Part shown: positions 41,011-50,631 of the stretch, in pieces
How the letters are laid out: the number at the start of each line of letters is the position of its first letter
How positions within the stretch are numbered: the first letter of the stretch is position 1
Assembly (NCBI GenBank): GCA_018658305.1
Contig: JABHVM010000030.1
Coordinates: forward strand, 1-55,238
Length of the DNA: 55,238 nt
Origin: Thiotrichales bacterium
Lineage (GTDB): Bacteria > Pseudomonadota > Gammaproteobacteria > GCF-002020875
Reading direction: 5' to 3'
Position numbers and translations under genes: made by a program
The notes under the pieces: generated by a model
What the model saw: the letters and a program-made list of their open reading frames with translations, nothing else
What the model was told of the DNA's origin: nothing
Database searches by the model: none

Positions 41011-42027
41011 ATGAATAGATCAGAACCCGAACTTCTTCTCCAATCTGCTCCGCTACTGCGTGAAGGATTAACGATTCCTACAGCAATGCGTGATGTGATC
41101 ATTGCGCTGTTGCCTGCGCTGCTTGCAGGGTTCTGGTATTTTGGGATTAGTGCTCTGCTAGTGGTAATTGCATCTATCTTGGGTTGCGTTATGACCGAAT
41201 GGATTTTTACCGACAAGCAGAAGCGAATGATTGCCCTCTCTGATGGTAGTGCAATTCTTACTGGTCTACTGCTAGGTATGACTCTTCCCCCTGCTCTACC
41301 ACTCTGGATGGCTTGGATTGGAGGTGTGGTTGCTATTGGATTAGGCAAAGTGATCTGGGGCGGTCTGGGCGGCAATCTCTTTAACCCTGCTATTGTGGGT
41401 CGTGCATTTCTTCTAGGAACATTTCCAATTGCAATGACCACTTGGAATCTTGCTAAAGGAGGAACAGATAACTTCTTTAATCTCTACCCTAGCACCTTCA
41501 CTGCACCATTTATGCAGGTCGCGCCAACCGATGCGATGAGTGCCGCCACCCCACTTGGGCTGATGAAGTTTGAGCAGGTCGATACAGAGATCTTCTCTCT
41601 AATGTTTGGTAACACCTCAGGATCTCTAGGCGAAACTAGCGGTATTCTATTGATGGTTGGTGGACTATACCTACTTCTTCGTCGTGCGCTGGAGTGGCGT
41701 ATTCCTCTAGCTATATTTATATCAGCAGGGCTTTTCACTCTTATGCTCCATACTATTGACCCTGCCCGTTTTCCAGACATTCACTTCACCCTCTTCTCTG
41801 GTGGAATGATGCTCGGAGCAATCTATATGGCAACCGACCCTGTAACCTCTCCGCTCACCACCAAAGGCGCTTGGATATTTGGGAGTGGGGTTGGAGTGTT
41901 GATTGTACTAATTCGTAATTTTGGCGGGCTCCCCGAGGGGGTACTTTATGCAATTCTATTTATGAATGCAGCAACCCCTCTCATAAATCGCTACACTCAA
42001 CCTAAAGTATTTGGGAGGAGAGGCTAG
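41011..42027 (+). CDS. rnfD: Rnf subunit D
   Basis: DGSAILTG, GGLGGNLFNPA, SAATPL (FMN threonine), GSLGETS, MATDPVTSP. Confidence 0.95.
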   Translation: MNRSEPELLLQSAPLLREGLTIPTAMRDVIIALLPALLAGFWYFGISALLVVIASILGCVMTEWIFTDKQKRMIALSDGSAILTGLLLGMTLPPALPLWMAWIGGVVAIGLGKVIWGGLGGNLFNPAIVGRAFLLGTFPIAMTTWNLAKGGTDNFFNLYPSTFTAPFMQVAPTDAMSAATPLGLMKFEQVDTEIFSLMFGNTSGSLGETSGILLMVGGLYLLLRRALEWRIPLAIFISAGLFTLMLHTIDPARFPDIHFTLFSGGMMLGAIYMATDPVTSPLTTKGAWIFGSGVGVLIVLIRNFGGLPEGVLYAILFMNAATPLINRYTQPKVFGRRG

Positions 42028-42698
42028 TGACAACACAAAAACCAGCTGAGCAGGAACCATCCTCAACCAGACTTATTGCGACCCTTGCTATAGCTGGGCT
42101 TATTTCAGGAGTTGCAATTGTATCTATCTATGAAGCAACCCTTCCAACTATCACTGCAAATAAAGCACGAGAGCTCCGCGAGGCTGTATTTAAGGTGCTG
42201 CCTGGAGTGAGTAAAATGGAGAAGTATCAGCTAGAAGGTAATCAATTACGCTTTAGAACAGAAACAGGTAAAGATGAAAATACACTGTACGGTGGCTACA
42301 ACCAGCAGGGAGAGTTTGTGGGATATGCGCTACCGAGCTCAGGACCAGGATTTCAAGATACTATTGGAATTCTCTACGGATATATTCCAATTACTCGTAA
42401 AGTTGTAGGGATGGAAATTTTGGAGAGCAGAGAAACTCCAGGTCTCGGGGATAAGATCTATAAAGATCTATCTTTCGTCTCCAACTTTTATGACCTCTCC
42501 ATTGATCCCACTATTGTGACGGTAAAGAAAGGATTGAAGTCTGCCACTAATGAGGTGGATGCTATTACTGGCGCAACTATATCAGCTAAGGCTGTGGTGA
42601 GAATCATCAATGAGGGTAATGCACGCTGGGTTGAGAAGTTGCCTACTCACGGACTAGCACTACAAGAACAGCCAACTCAACAAGAGGGTGAAAAGTGA
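42027..42698 (+). CDS. rnfG: Rnf subunit G
   Basis: N-terminal TM, ETPGLG, DAITGATIS FMN-binding motif. Confidence 0.93.
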   Translation: MTTQKPAEQEPSSTRLIATLAIAGLISGVAIVSIYEATLPTITANKARELREAVFKVLPGVSKMEKYQLEGNQLRFRTETGKDENTLYGGYNQQGEFVGYALPSSGPGFQDTIGILYGYIPITRKVVGMEILESRETPGLGDKIYKDLSFVSNFYDLSIDPTIVTVKKGLKSATNEVDAITGATISAKAVVRIINEGNARWVEKLPTHGLALQEQPTQQEGEK

Positions 42699-43354
42699 AG
42701 CAACCAACAAGTTCATACCAAGAGATGATGAAAGGGATCTGGAGAGATAACCCTGTATTTGTGCAGGTATTAGGAATGTGCCCAATGTTAGCAGTGACTA
42801 ACTCTGCGGTTAATGCTCTCGCAATGGGGTTAGCAACACTTTTTGTCTTAGTTGGATCTAGTTTTCTAGTCTCTATTATGCGCCTCTGGATTCCTAAACA
42901 GGTGCGTATATCCAGCTATATAATTATTATTGCCACCTTTGTTACTATCATCGACTACAGTCTCTTGGCAGTTTTTCCAAAAATTCATAAAGAGCTCGGA
43001 GCATTCATTCCACTAATCACTGCAAACTGCCTGATCTTGGGAAGGCAAGAGGCCTTTGCCTCGCGTACCACTGTTCGTTTCGCAGTTATGGATGCACTAG
43101 GAATGTCGGGAGGTTTTCTCTTTGCGCTGATGGCACTTGGAAGTGTGCGGGAGATTTTAGGAGAGGGCGCACTTTTTGGAGTATCACTGTTTGGTCCAAA
43201 CTTTGAACCTTGGGTTATTATGATTCTACCGCCTGGTGGATTCCTAACACTTGGTCTAATCCTCCTCTTCTTCAACTGGGTGACAGAGAAGCGTCGTCAA
43301 GCTCAAATTAACTACAGACTCTCTCTAAACTCTATTGAGGAGAGCAGAGTATGA
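42695..43354 (+). CDS. rnfE: Rnf subunit E
   Basis: NPVFVQVLGMCP, IPLITANC, ILPPGGF. Confidence 0.95.
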   Translation: MKQPTSSYQEMMKGIWRDNPVFVQVLGMCPMLAVTNSAVNALAMGLATLFVLVGSSFLVSIMRLWIPKQVRISSYIIIIATFVTIIDYSLLAVFPKIHKELGAFIPLITANCLILGRQEAFASRTTVRFAVMDALGMSGGFLFALMALGSVREILGEGALFGVSLFGPNFEPWVIMILPPGGFLTLGLILLFFNWVTEKRRQAQINYRLSLNSIEESRV

Positions 43355-43941
43355 GCGATCCAGCACTTCAACACTTTCTCTGGATCTTTATCAGCGCACT
43401 GCTGGTAAACAATTTTGTGCTCGCCTATTTCTTAGGACTCTGTCCATTTCTTGGAGTTTCTGGAAAACTGGAAACCTCAGCACGACTAGGGTTAGCAACC
43501 ACCTTTGTACTAATCATCACCGCTATCTGTGCTTGGATCCTAAATACTTATATCCTACCCCACGCCCCATATCTACGCTTGATCAGCTTTATCGTGGTAA
43601 TCGCCAGCGTAGTACAATTTATTGAGATGTTAATCAAAAAACTAAGTCCATCTCTATTCCGCTCTTTAGGAATATTCCTTCCTCTCATAACTACCAACTG
43701 CGCCATTCTTGGTCTTGCAATTTTCGCTACTAATCGTGAATATAGCTTCTTAGAGAGCGTCGTGTTTGCACTTGGTGCTGGTGGTGGCTTCACCCTAGCA
43801 CTTCTACTCATGGCTGGATTGAGAGAAGAGAGTGAACTTGCCGATGTACCAACTCTAATTCGTGGCACAGCATTTAACCTTATTATTGCTGGTATACTCT
43901 CAATGGCATTTATGGGATTTGCAGGACTCTTCTCAACTTGA
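43351..43941 (+). CDS. rnfA: Rnf subunit A
   Basis: NNFVLAYFLGLCPFLGVS, GIFLPLITTNCAILG, SMAFMGF. Confidence 0.95.
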   Translation: MSDPALQHFLWIFISALLVNNFVLAYFLGLCPFLGVSGKLETSARLGLATTFVLIITAICAWILNTYILPHAPYLRLISFIVVIASVVQFIEMLIKKLSPSLFRSLGIFLPLITTNCAILGLAIFATNREYSFLESVVFALGAGGGFTLALLLMAGLREESELADVPTLIRGTAFNLIIAGILSMAFMGFAGLFST

Positions 43942-44129
43942 ACATACTCCAGCACCTCCCTGCAATATTAGCACTAGCTGCGCTCCTCGCAGGATGGGTA
44001 GCATTTCAGCAGTGGCTCCAACGCAGGGGAGAGTTAGATACAAAGTATAAACCAGGATGTGGAGCATGTTCCAACAAAGATAGTTGCGGCACTAGCAATA
44101 GCGATGAGAGTAAACAAGTTAAGTTATAA
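43938..44129 (+). CDS. Small membrane-anchored Cys-rich protein (63 aa)
   Basis: TTG start overlapping the rnfA stop (TTGA), one TM helix, then PGCGACSNKDSC. Confidence 0.65.
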   Translation: MNILQHLPAILALAALLAGWVAFQQWLQRRGELDTKYKPGCGACSNKDSCGTSNSDESKQVKL

Positions 44130-44167
44130 CAAAAGTATAAGTTACAGCAACGCAAGGAGATAAAGGT

Positions 44168-45103
44168 ATGAGAGTACACACAAGAAAAATAGCATTGATT
44201 GGTGGAGGGCAGATTGGGAGTGCGCTGGCGTTGCTGATCTCGCAGAAAGATCATGCAGAAGTTGTGATTATTGATCTTCCGCAGGCTATCGACTCTATCA
44301 AAGGTAAAGCTCTCGATATAATGGCGATGCGTCCGCATGCTGGAGTTGATGTCCCAATTACTGCGAGCAGTGACTATAGCGATATTGCAGGAGCTGAAGT
44401 AGTTATTATCACTGCAGGTGTTCCGCGTAAAGCTGGAATGACTCGCAACGATCTGCTAGATATAAATCTTGGAGTTATCAAGTCGGTCTCCAAAGAGGTA
44501 GCCAAACATGCGCCTAACGCATTTGTAGTTTTATCTACCAACCCTGTTGACACTATGTGTCAAGCTTTTCATAAATATTCAGGAATGGATAAGAGCCAAA
44601 TTATAGGTCTCTCTGGTGCTTTGGATAGTGGTCGCTTCCGTCTCTTTATTGCGATGAAGACTGGAATTTCAGCTAAGGATGTATCTTGCATGGTGATGGG
44701 TGGGCATGGTCCTACTATGATTCCGCTTACTAGAACCGCAACTGTTGGTGGAATCCCTATCCAAACTCTCCTCTCTGACCAGCAGATCGAAGAGATAGTA
44801 CAACGCACGCGTGATGCAGGAAGTGAAATCGTTAATTTAATGGGAAATGGTAGTGCCTATATCAGTCCAGCATCGGCTATTATGGAGATGGTAGTAGCAT
44901 ATCTCTACAATAAAAAAAGGCTTATCGCATCTTCAGTACTATGTGAGGGGGAGTATGGTATCGATAACTGCTTTATTGGAGTGCCATGCATTATTGGCGC
45001 TGGCGGGGTGGAGAAGATCGTAGAGATGGAGTTAAATAAAACAGAGAGTGATCAGCTCCAGATCAACTACAGAGCATTACAAGATAATATTACACAGATT
45101 TAA
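44168..45103 (+). CDS. mdh: Malate dehydrogenase (LDH-like type)
   Basis: GGGQIG, TAGVPRKAGMTRNDLL (Arg specifying malate), NPVD, LDSGRF, GGHG. Confidence 0.93.
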   Translation: MRVHTRKIALIGGGQIGSALALLISQKDHAEVVIIDLPQAIDSIKGKALDIMAMRPHAGVDVPITASSDYSDIAGAEVVIITAGVPRKAGMTRNDLLDINLGVIKSVSKEVAKHAPNAFVVLSTNPVDTMCQAFHKYSGMDKSQIIGLSGALDSGRFRLFIAMKTGISAKDVSCMVMGGHGPTMIPLTRTATVGGIPIQTLLSDQQIEEIVQRTRDAGSEIVNLMGNGSAYISPASAIMEMVVAYLYNKKRLIASSVLCEGEYGIDNCFIGVPCIIGAGGVEKIVEMELNKTESDQLQINYRALQDNITQI

Positions 45104-45136
45104 TTGCTAATAGATGATTAACTATTTAGTTACTAT

Positions 45137-45556
45137 CTAATTACCCATATTTAAAGTTCGCATTAGCAGCTGCTTGGTTGTGTTCATAACTTCAATACTG
45201 GATTCATAAGAGCGTGATGCGGACATCATATTCGCCATCTCCTCTACAGGATTTACATTAGTAGTAAAGATAAAACCATCACCATTTGCCATTGGATGGT
45301 TGGGGGCATAACGCTGCTTAATCGGGGCTTGACTCTCCGCAATCTCTTTTACTCTTACTCCACCAGCCTCCTCTCCGTTTTGCTCTCCTAATCCACCAAG
45401 GATCTCTTGGAAAACTGGAGCTTTAGCTCTGTACGCTTCTGCTTCTGAACTAGCTACGGTTTCGGCATTTGCTAAGTTACTCGCTACTGTATTAAGACGC
45501 ACATTTTGTGCATGCAGTGCGGAGGATGATATATCGAATACATTAAATAGTGGCAC
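45137..45556 (-). CDS. flgC: Flagellar basal-body rod protein
   Basis: RLNTVASNLANA, HPMA, NVNPVEEMANMMSASRSYE. Confidence 0.96.
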   Translation of the reverse strand: MPLFNVFDISSSALHAQNVRLNTVASNLANAETVASSEAEAYRAKAPVFQEILGGLGEQNGEEAGGVRVKEIAESQAPIKQRYAPNHPMANGDGFIFTTNVNPVEEMANMMSASRSYESSIEVMNTTKQLLMRTLNMGN

Positions 45557-45632
45557 AGCTTATCTCCCTTAAAAATATCTTTCTCTAATTTATCTTATTA
45601 AAGCAATTGTAACTATTCAGTTATAACACTAA

Positions 45633-46022
45633 CTACTCGCCCTTTATTGCAGACTTAAGGGCCTTAAATTTTCCACCCAAAAACTGGAGGGTTGCCTGAT
45701 AGCGCATTGAGTTATCTAAAAACTCACCCTTCTCTATATGTGCCTCTACTGTATTACCATCTACTGATGGTTGAGTTGGAATTCTAAACTGAACTAGATC
45801 TGAATCAGCTCCAGCAAAGTCAAAATGTTTTGCGTGGGTCTTTTTCATAGAGCCTATATCCGTAGATGCTCTCTCTAATACTGCACGAAAATCTATATCT
45901 TTTGCTTTATATCCTGGAGTATCTGCATTAGCAAGATTAGCAGCAAGGAGTTCAGTCTTCTTTGAGCGCACCTGAAGTGCTTGCACATGATTCCCTAAAT
46001 AGTTATCTAAAATATTTGACAC
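45633..46022 (-). CDS. flgB: Flagellar basal-body rod protein
   Basis: NLANADTPGYKAKD, QPSVDGNTVE. Confidence 0.96.
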   Translation of the reverse strand: MSNILDNYLGNHVQALQVRSKKTELLAANLANADTPGYKAKDIDFRAVLERASTDIGSMKKTHAKHFDFAGADSDLVQFRIPTQPSVDGNTVEAHIEKGEFLDNSMRYQATLQFLGGKFKALKSAIKGE

Positions 46023-46096
46023 TGTTACACTCCTATTTCTATTCTTATCTTATTTTACTTCTACTCTATATCTACGCCCAAGCTACTCTTCTGCCC

Positions 46097-47206
46097 TTAT
46101 GGGAACTTGTACTGTTTTCCATTAACTTTTTTATCAGCTTCATCTTGTTGGAGCTGAAGCATCTTGTCCTGTTCGAGTTGGAGAGCGTTATGCCCTTCAA
46201 CTAAACTTTTATGTTTAATCTTAAGGTCATCCTGAATCTGTTTACTTAAGTTTGCCTCACTCTTCTCAATAATTTTTTGCAGTTCAGCTATCTTAATTTG
46301 AGTCTCTGCAATTCCTGCTTCAATCACACTTAAGTCAACTGATACTACAGGAGCTGGTGCCATTACAAACTGTGAATCGGCTACTGTATCTGACTCTAAA
46401 TCTTGATCTAAAACTTCAGCTGATGCTGGTGGATAAGGCGCTGCTGGAGGAGTGAAACTTTTCAACTCTTCAACTGCTGCCACTACTGCATCCATCTGAC
46501 TCTGCTGTTCAAAGATTCGGCCAGAGACCAGATCTAACTGTTCATAAATGCCATCAACGGAAGCGTTAACTGTATCTATTTTAGTAGGGATGATGGTTTT
46601 ATCTTCCAGCATCATTAAGGCTAGGACTGCACCACTAATAAACATTCCGATAGTAGAGGCTATCATAGCGAAGTTTCCAGACTTTCCTACCTTCTCTAGA
46701 GCAGGCCCCTCCTCTTTTATATCTTTAGCAAACTGCTTAAGACCCTTAACAATTTTTTCATGTGAAGAGGAGTACTCACTTAAATCTGCGACAATTGAAC
46801 TACTCTCTCCACTACTCTTCTCTATCTGCTCAATAACAGAGGCAAATTTAGAGATCACATCTTCTACATTCTCTTCTGCTGCTGGAGCTGCTGCTGGAGC
46901 TGGAGCTGCTGCCGGAGCTGCCTCTACTGGAGTTGGAACTGGAGCTGCTTCTACTGGAGCTGGAGCCGCTACTGGAGCAGGTTCTGGGGCTGCTACAGCT
47001 GGAGCGTCAGGATCATAATCAAACAGATCAACTCCATCATCCTCTTCAGGTTCTGGCTCTGGAGTTGGGGCTGGTGTTGGTGCAGGGGCAGGAGCTTGTT
47101 CTACAGTTTTAGTAGTATTTCCGCCACCACCTGACCCCTCTGCCACTTCATCTAAAAGTGCATCGATATCAAGTTCTTCTACAGCTGCTTTATTCTCTTC
47201 TGCCAT
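46097..47206 (-). CDS. Hypothetical acidic Pro/Ala-rich single-TM coiled-coil protein
   Basis: 369-aa ORF, ELDIDALL motif, PAPA repeats, central TM, C-terminal YKFP; upstream of flgB. Confidence 0.75.
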   Translation of the reverse strand: MAEENKAAVEELDIDALLDEVAEGSGGGGNTTKTVEQAPAPAPTPAPTPEPEPEEDDGVDLFDYDPDAPAVAAPEPAPVAAPAPVEAAPVPTPVEAAPAAAPAPAAAPAAEENVEDVISKFASVIEQIEKSSGESSSIVADLSEYSSSHEKIVKGLKQFAKDIKEEGPALEKVGKSGNFAMIASTIGMFISGAVLALMMLEDKTIIPTKIDTVNASVDGIYEQLDLVSGRIFEQQSQMDAVVAAVEELKSFTPPAAPYPPASAEVLDQDLESDTVADSQFVMAPAPVVSVDLSVIEAGIAETQIKIAELQKIIEKSEANLSKQIQDDLKIKHKSLVEGHNALQLEQDKMLQLQQDEADKKVNGKQYKFP

Positions 47207-47402
47207 AATACTGTTCTCTTAAATATTATTATTTCAATTTTGTCTTATATATATTGTCTTTAATTTATCTATCTTCTAAGTTTATGTTAGTGTTATCATC
47301 TAGTCTTGCTAATTGTCTTTAAATATTAATTTACTCTTTACTGACTATTTATTGACTCTTTAGACACTATTTCAACTTAATATAGCTACAATATAGATGT
47401 AA

Positions 47403-47417
47403 GCAATAATTGTACCA
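47403..47417 (-). promoter_or_regulatory. Sigma54 promoter of the orphan-flgB-flgC operon
   Basis: Minus strand TGGTAC-AATTA-TTGC against consensus TGGCAC-N5-TTGC. Confidence 0.65.
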
Positions 47418-47447
47418 ACTTTAATAGAATATACTTAATAGAGAATA

Positions 47448-48539
47448 ATGAGCACCGTTCAACCCTCAGCTCCAAGTCAGACAATTACCCTACCAACTGG
47501 CACAGGATCTACTTTACCTAAATTACAGGTTGGTCAGACCATATCTGCTACCGTCATATCTGTACAGAGTGGACTTGTTAAATTACAGACTTCAAATATA
47601 CTTCTTACTGCAAAAACCACCATTCCACTACAAAAGGGTGAGCAACTCCAGCTGACAGTTACTCAACTACAACCTAAAGTTACACTATCGCTATCTAATC
47701 CAAACAGTCTCACAACAAAACCTGCAACAATTTCCATAGAGCAGATAGCTCAAAAAATATATCCTAAACAGCAACCACTACAACAGATACTGCAGAGTTT
47801 AGGGCAGATATCACAACTTAATAGTAGCAACCGTAGCACCATACTGGCAATTCAGCAACTTTTTCAGAATATTCCAACTCTGATGCAGCTCTTTAACCCC
47901 TCCACTCTAAAACAGAGAACCATCAAGTCTGGCTCTTTTATGGAGAATAATCTGCTCAATAGTAGAACTGATAAACTAAGTGGCGACCTAAAGGGGCAAC
48001 TTCTTCAACTCAGAGCAAAGCTCTTTAGCCAACAACCTCAAACTAATAGACAGCCATCCCAGATAGTACGCCAAATAGATGCTATGCTTTCTCGCATAGA
48101 CCTTGCCCAGCTCAAAACTCTACAATCTTCAGAGAGTGAATCTGCAACAAAAAGTGCTCAGCGCGAGTGGGTTATCGAGATTCCATTTATGGTAGATGAT
48201 AAACCACACAATATTGAACTCTACCTCCAACGCCAATCGATACAAGATGATGCGCAAGAAGATAGTTGGCACATTAAGTTAACTCTCTCTCCTCCCAATA
48301 TGGGAGAGATACATATAAGTGCAAAAATGGGGAGCAAGGAGCTTGACATAAACTTTCTAACTGAGGACCGGCAGAGCTCTGCCACTATATCTAATAATTT
48401 AGATAAGCTAGAGGCGACACTCTCATCCTCTGGAATTGAGACAGGCACTCTCTTTAGTAGACAACTCACTCCTAATGATATAGTGCAGACAGATATCCTA
48501 AAACCAACAGGTAGTGGTGGCATCAGTGCCAGAGCGTAA
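47448..48539 (+). CDS. FliK-like (hook-length control C-terminal domain) protein
   Basis: SGSFMEN...DLKGQLL, WVIEIPF, WHIKLTLSPPNMGEI; adjacent to a FlhB-like gene. Confidence 0.75.
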   Translation: MSTVQPSAPSQTITLPTGTGSTLPKLQVGQTISATVISVQSGLVKLQTSNILLTAKTTIPLQKGEQLQLTVTQLQPKVTLSLSNPNSLTTKPATISIEQIAQKIYPKQQPLQQILQSLGQISQLNSSNRSTILAIQQLFQNIPTLMQLFNPSTLKQRTIKSGSFMENNLLNSRTDKLSGDLKGQLLQLRAKLFSQQPQTNRQPSQIVRQIDAMLSRIDLAQLKTLQSSESESATKSAQREWVIEIPFMVDDKPHNIELYLQRQSIQDDAQEDSWHIKLTLSPPNMGEIHISAKMGSKELDINFLTEDRQSSATISNNLDKLEATLSSSGIETGTLFSRQLTPNDIVQTDILKPTGSGGISARA

Positions 48540-48553
48540 TCTAAGAGTTAAAA

Positions 48554-48820
48554 ATGAAGAGTAAATTAGATATAGCTGTTGCGCTCCGTTATGAAGAGGG
48601 AGTAGGAGCACCAAAAGTAACTGCAAAGGGAAAAGGCATTATTGCTGAACAAATCATGGAGATTGCACGGGAGAATGATATCCCACTATATGAGGAGCCT
48701 GAACTAGTAGAGTTACTCTCTGCCGTTGAACTAGATCAGGAGATTCCAGAGACACTATATATAGCAGTTGCAGAGATTATTGCTTTTGTCTATAGAATAG
48801 CAGATGAGAAGAGTAGATAA
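48554..48820 (+). CDS. FlhB C-terminal-domain-like (EscU/YscU/HrcU) protein
   Basis: AVALRY, APKVTAKG, EIPETLYIAVAEIIAFVY. Confidence 0.92.
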   Translation: MKSKLDIAVALRYEEGVGAPKVTAKGKGIIAEQIMEIARENDIPLYEEPELVELLSAVELDQEIPETLYIAVAEIIAFVYRIADEKSR

Positions 48821-48831
48821 GACTACTATTT

Positions 48832-48952
48832 GTAACTGTTCATATTGCCTCTAAAATTCATCAGATCAAGGTACAAAATTTGAGCATATATTTATATATG
48901 ATAATTTTGCAACGCAGAGATGGTGAATTTTAGGGGTGAGCTGAATAGTTAC
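48832..48952. mobile_element. MITE-like palindromic repeat, copy 3 (inverted)
   Basis: Reverse complement of copies 1 and 2; flanks tactattt/gactattt look like an imperfect 8-bp target duplication. Confidence 0.75.
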
Positions 48953-48954
48953 GA

Positions 48955-49740
48955 CTATTTTTTATGAGTAAATAACGACATAAAGAAAAGTGTAACTGCG
49001 CTAACCACAATCGAAGGGCCTGTTGGAGTGTTTAACCACATAGATAGATTCAATCCAGCAACCACAGATACTCCTCCCACCATAACTGCAACTGCAGCCA
49101 TCCGCTCTGGAGTATTACTAAATTGACGCGCGGTTACTGCAGGGATTATCAATAGAGCAGTCACTAGCAACATTCCAATCATCTTCATTGCTAAAGCCAC
49201 TACCACAGCTATCAACACCATAAATATCAGCTCCACCCTTACTACTGGCACTCCTTCAGCCTGCGCTAACTCTCTATCCACAGTTAGAGCAAGTAGAGGA
49301 CGCCATATTATAAAGAGAATTGAAAGTACTATAGCACCGCCGCCATATATCCAGAGTAGATCTTCTACTCCTATAGCGAGTAGATCACCAAATAGATAAC
49401 TCATAAGATCAATCTGCAACCAACTTATCATACTTATAACTAATACTCCAAGCGCTAAGGAGGCGTGAGAGAGGGTTCCCAATACAGCGTCACTAGTCAA
49501 CTCTCTACGCTTCTGGAGTAGAAACAGGAGGAGTGCGATAGATATTGCCACCATCAATACTCCTAAAGTAATATTGACTCCTAGTAGAAAACCTAGCGCC
49601 ACTCCGAGCAGAGCTGAGTGTGACATTGTGTCCCCAAGATATGACATCCTCTTCCAGACCACGAAACAGCCGAGAGGTCCGCTGACTATAATTAAGCCTA
49701 CCCCACCTAAAATTGCCCGCCAGAAGAAATCATCTAACAT
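48955..49740 (-). CDS. znuB: Zinc ABC transporter permease
   Basis: GPLGCFVVW, GDTMSHSALLG, YLFGDLL, GPSIV. Confidence 0.94.
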   Translation of the reverse strand: MLDDFFWRAILGGVGLIIVSGPLGCFVVWKRMSYLGDTMSHSALLGVALGFLLGVNITLGVLMVAISIALLLFLLQKRRELTSDAVLGTLSHASLALGVLVISMISWLQIDLMSYLFGDLLAIGVEDLLWIYGGGAIVLSILFIIWRPLLALTVDRELAQAEGVPVVRVELIFMVLIAVVVALAMKMIGMLLVTALLIIPAVTARQFSNTPERMAAVAVMVGGVSVVAGLNLSMWLNTPTGPSIVVSAVTLFFMSLFTHKK

Positions 49741-50492
49741 TTGCCATCACCGCATTGCTGGATTGTGCCAGATAGATCATGGCGATGATCATGGTTATGC
49801 TGATAGAGAGCAAGCTCATCTCCCTGCCCAAAGAGGCGCATATACTCTGGGTCTGCACTCACTGTTGATGGGTGCCCTTGACAACAGATGTGTTGATCTA
49901 TACATATCACTCTATCCGTAGATGCCATCACCACATGTAGATCATGTGATACCATAAGTATTGCGCAGTTATGTCTATCCCTAATTTTGCTAATCAACTT
50001 ATACATCTCACTCTCACCAAGATAGTCTACCCCTTGGACAGGCTCATCCAACACCAGAAGCTCTGGACTACAGAGCAGAGTTCGCGCCAACATTACTCGC
50101 TGAAATTCCCCACCAGAGAGATTAGAGACTGCAGCATCTATAAGATAGGCAACTCCACTCTCAGCCAGTGCGGAGATCACCTTCTTCTCACTGTAATTTG
50201 CAGTTAGACTCATTATGCGCCGCACGGTAAGTGGTAAAACTGGATCTATATCGAACTTCTGAGGCAGATACCCAATCCGTAACTTTTTTCTCCTCTTAAC
50301 TTGACCAGAGGTTGGGGAGATTAAACCAAGCAATAGGCGGAGCAGTGTGCTCTTGCCAGCCCCATTTGGCCCTATAATGGTAACTATCTCTCCTTGCTGG
50401 AGCGTCAAAGAGACATCACTAAGCAGAATTTTATTATTAAAACTAAGCGATATCCCAACAGCCTCTAAAAGTGGATCCTCATTAATATTCAT
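49734..50492 (-). CDS. znuC: Zinc ABC transporter ATPase
   Basis: GPNGAGKST, LSGGEFQR, DEPVQGVD, HICCQGHP, His-rich tail. Confidence 0.95.
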   Translation of the reverse strand: MNINEDPLLEAVGISLSFNNKILLSDVSLTLQQGEIVTIIGPNGAGKSTLLRLLLGLISPTSGQVKRRKKLRIGYLPQKFDIDPVLPLTVRRIMSLTANYSEKKVISALAESGVAYLIDAAVSNLSGGEFQRVMLARTLLCSPELLVLDEPVQGVDYLGESEMYKLISKIRDRHNCAILMVSHDLHVVMASTDRVICIDQHICCQGHPSTVSADPEYMRLFGQGDELALYQHNHDHRHDLSGTIQQCGDGKC

Positions 50493-50552
50493 AAAAGTTC
50501 AAATCTATTATAATTTGTAAGATATATATAAGCATAAAGCATCTATTATAAC

Positions 50553-50594
50553 AAAAAAATATGGGGTACCGCTTCGAAAGGTACACCCATATTT
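50553..50594 (-). terminator. Intrinsic terminator in the znuC/znuA intergenic region
   Basis: Minus strand AAATATGGGTGTACC-tttcgaagc-GGTACCCCATATTTTTTT. Confidence 0.7.
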
Positions 50595-50625
50595 AGGAAT
50601 GCTCAATATCTATACTTCTAAGAGT
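50553..50625 (-). ncRNA. Candidate Fur-regulated small RNA (or terminated leader of znuCB)
   Basis: About 70-75 nt between a TTGACA promoter overlapped by a Fur-like box and an intrinsic terminator; no ORF of meaningful length. Confidence 0.4.
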
Positions 50626-50631
50626 AGAGCC

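Noticed and set aside
40986-41013. TGA readthrough or selenocysteine fusion of rnfC to rnfD
   Set aside because: rnfD is in a different frame and both proteins are complete.
46548-47018. 156-aa plus-strand ORF with GAAAGAG repeats
   Set aside because: It is the antisense shadow of the Pro/Ala-rich gene.
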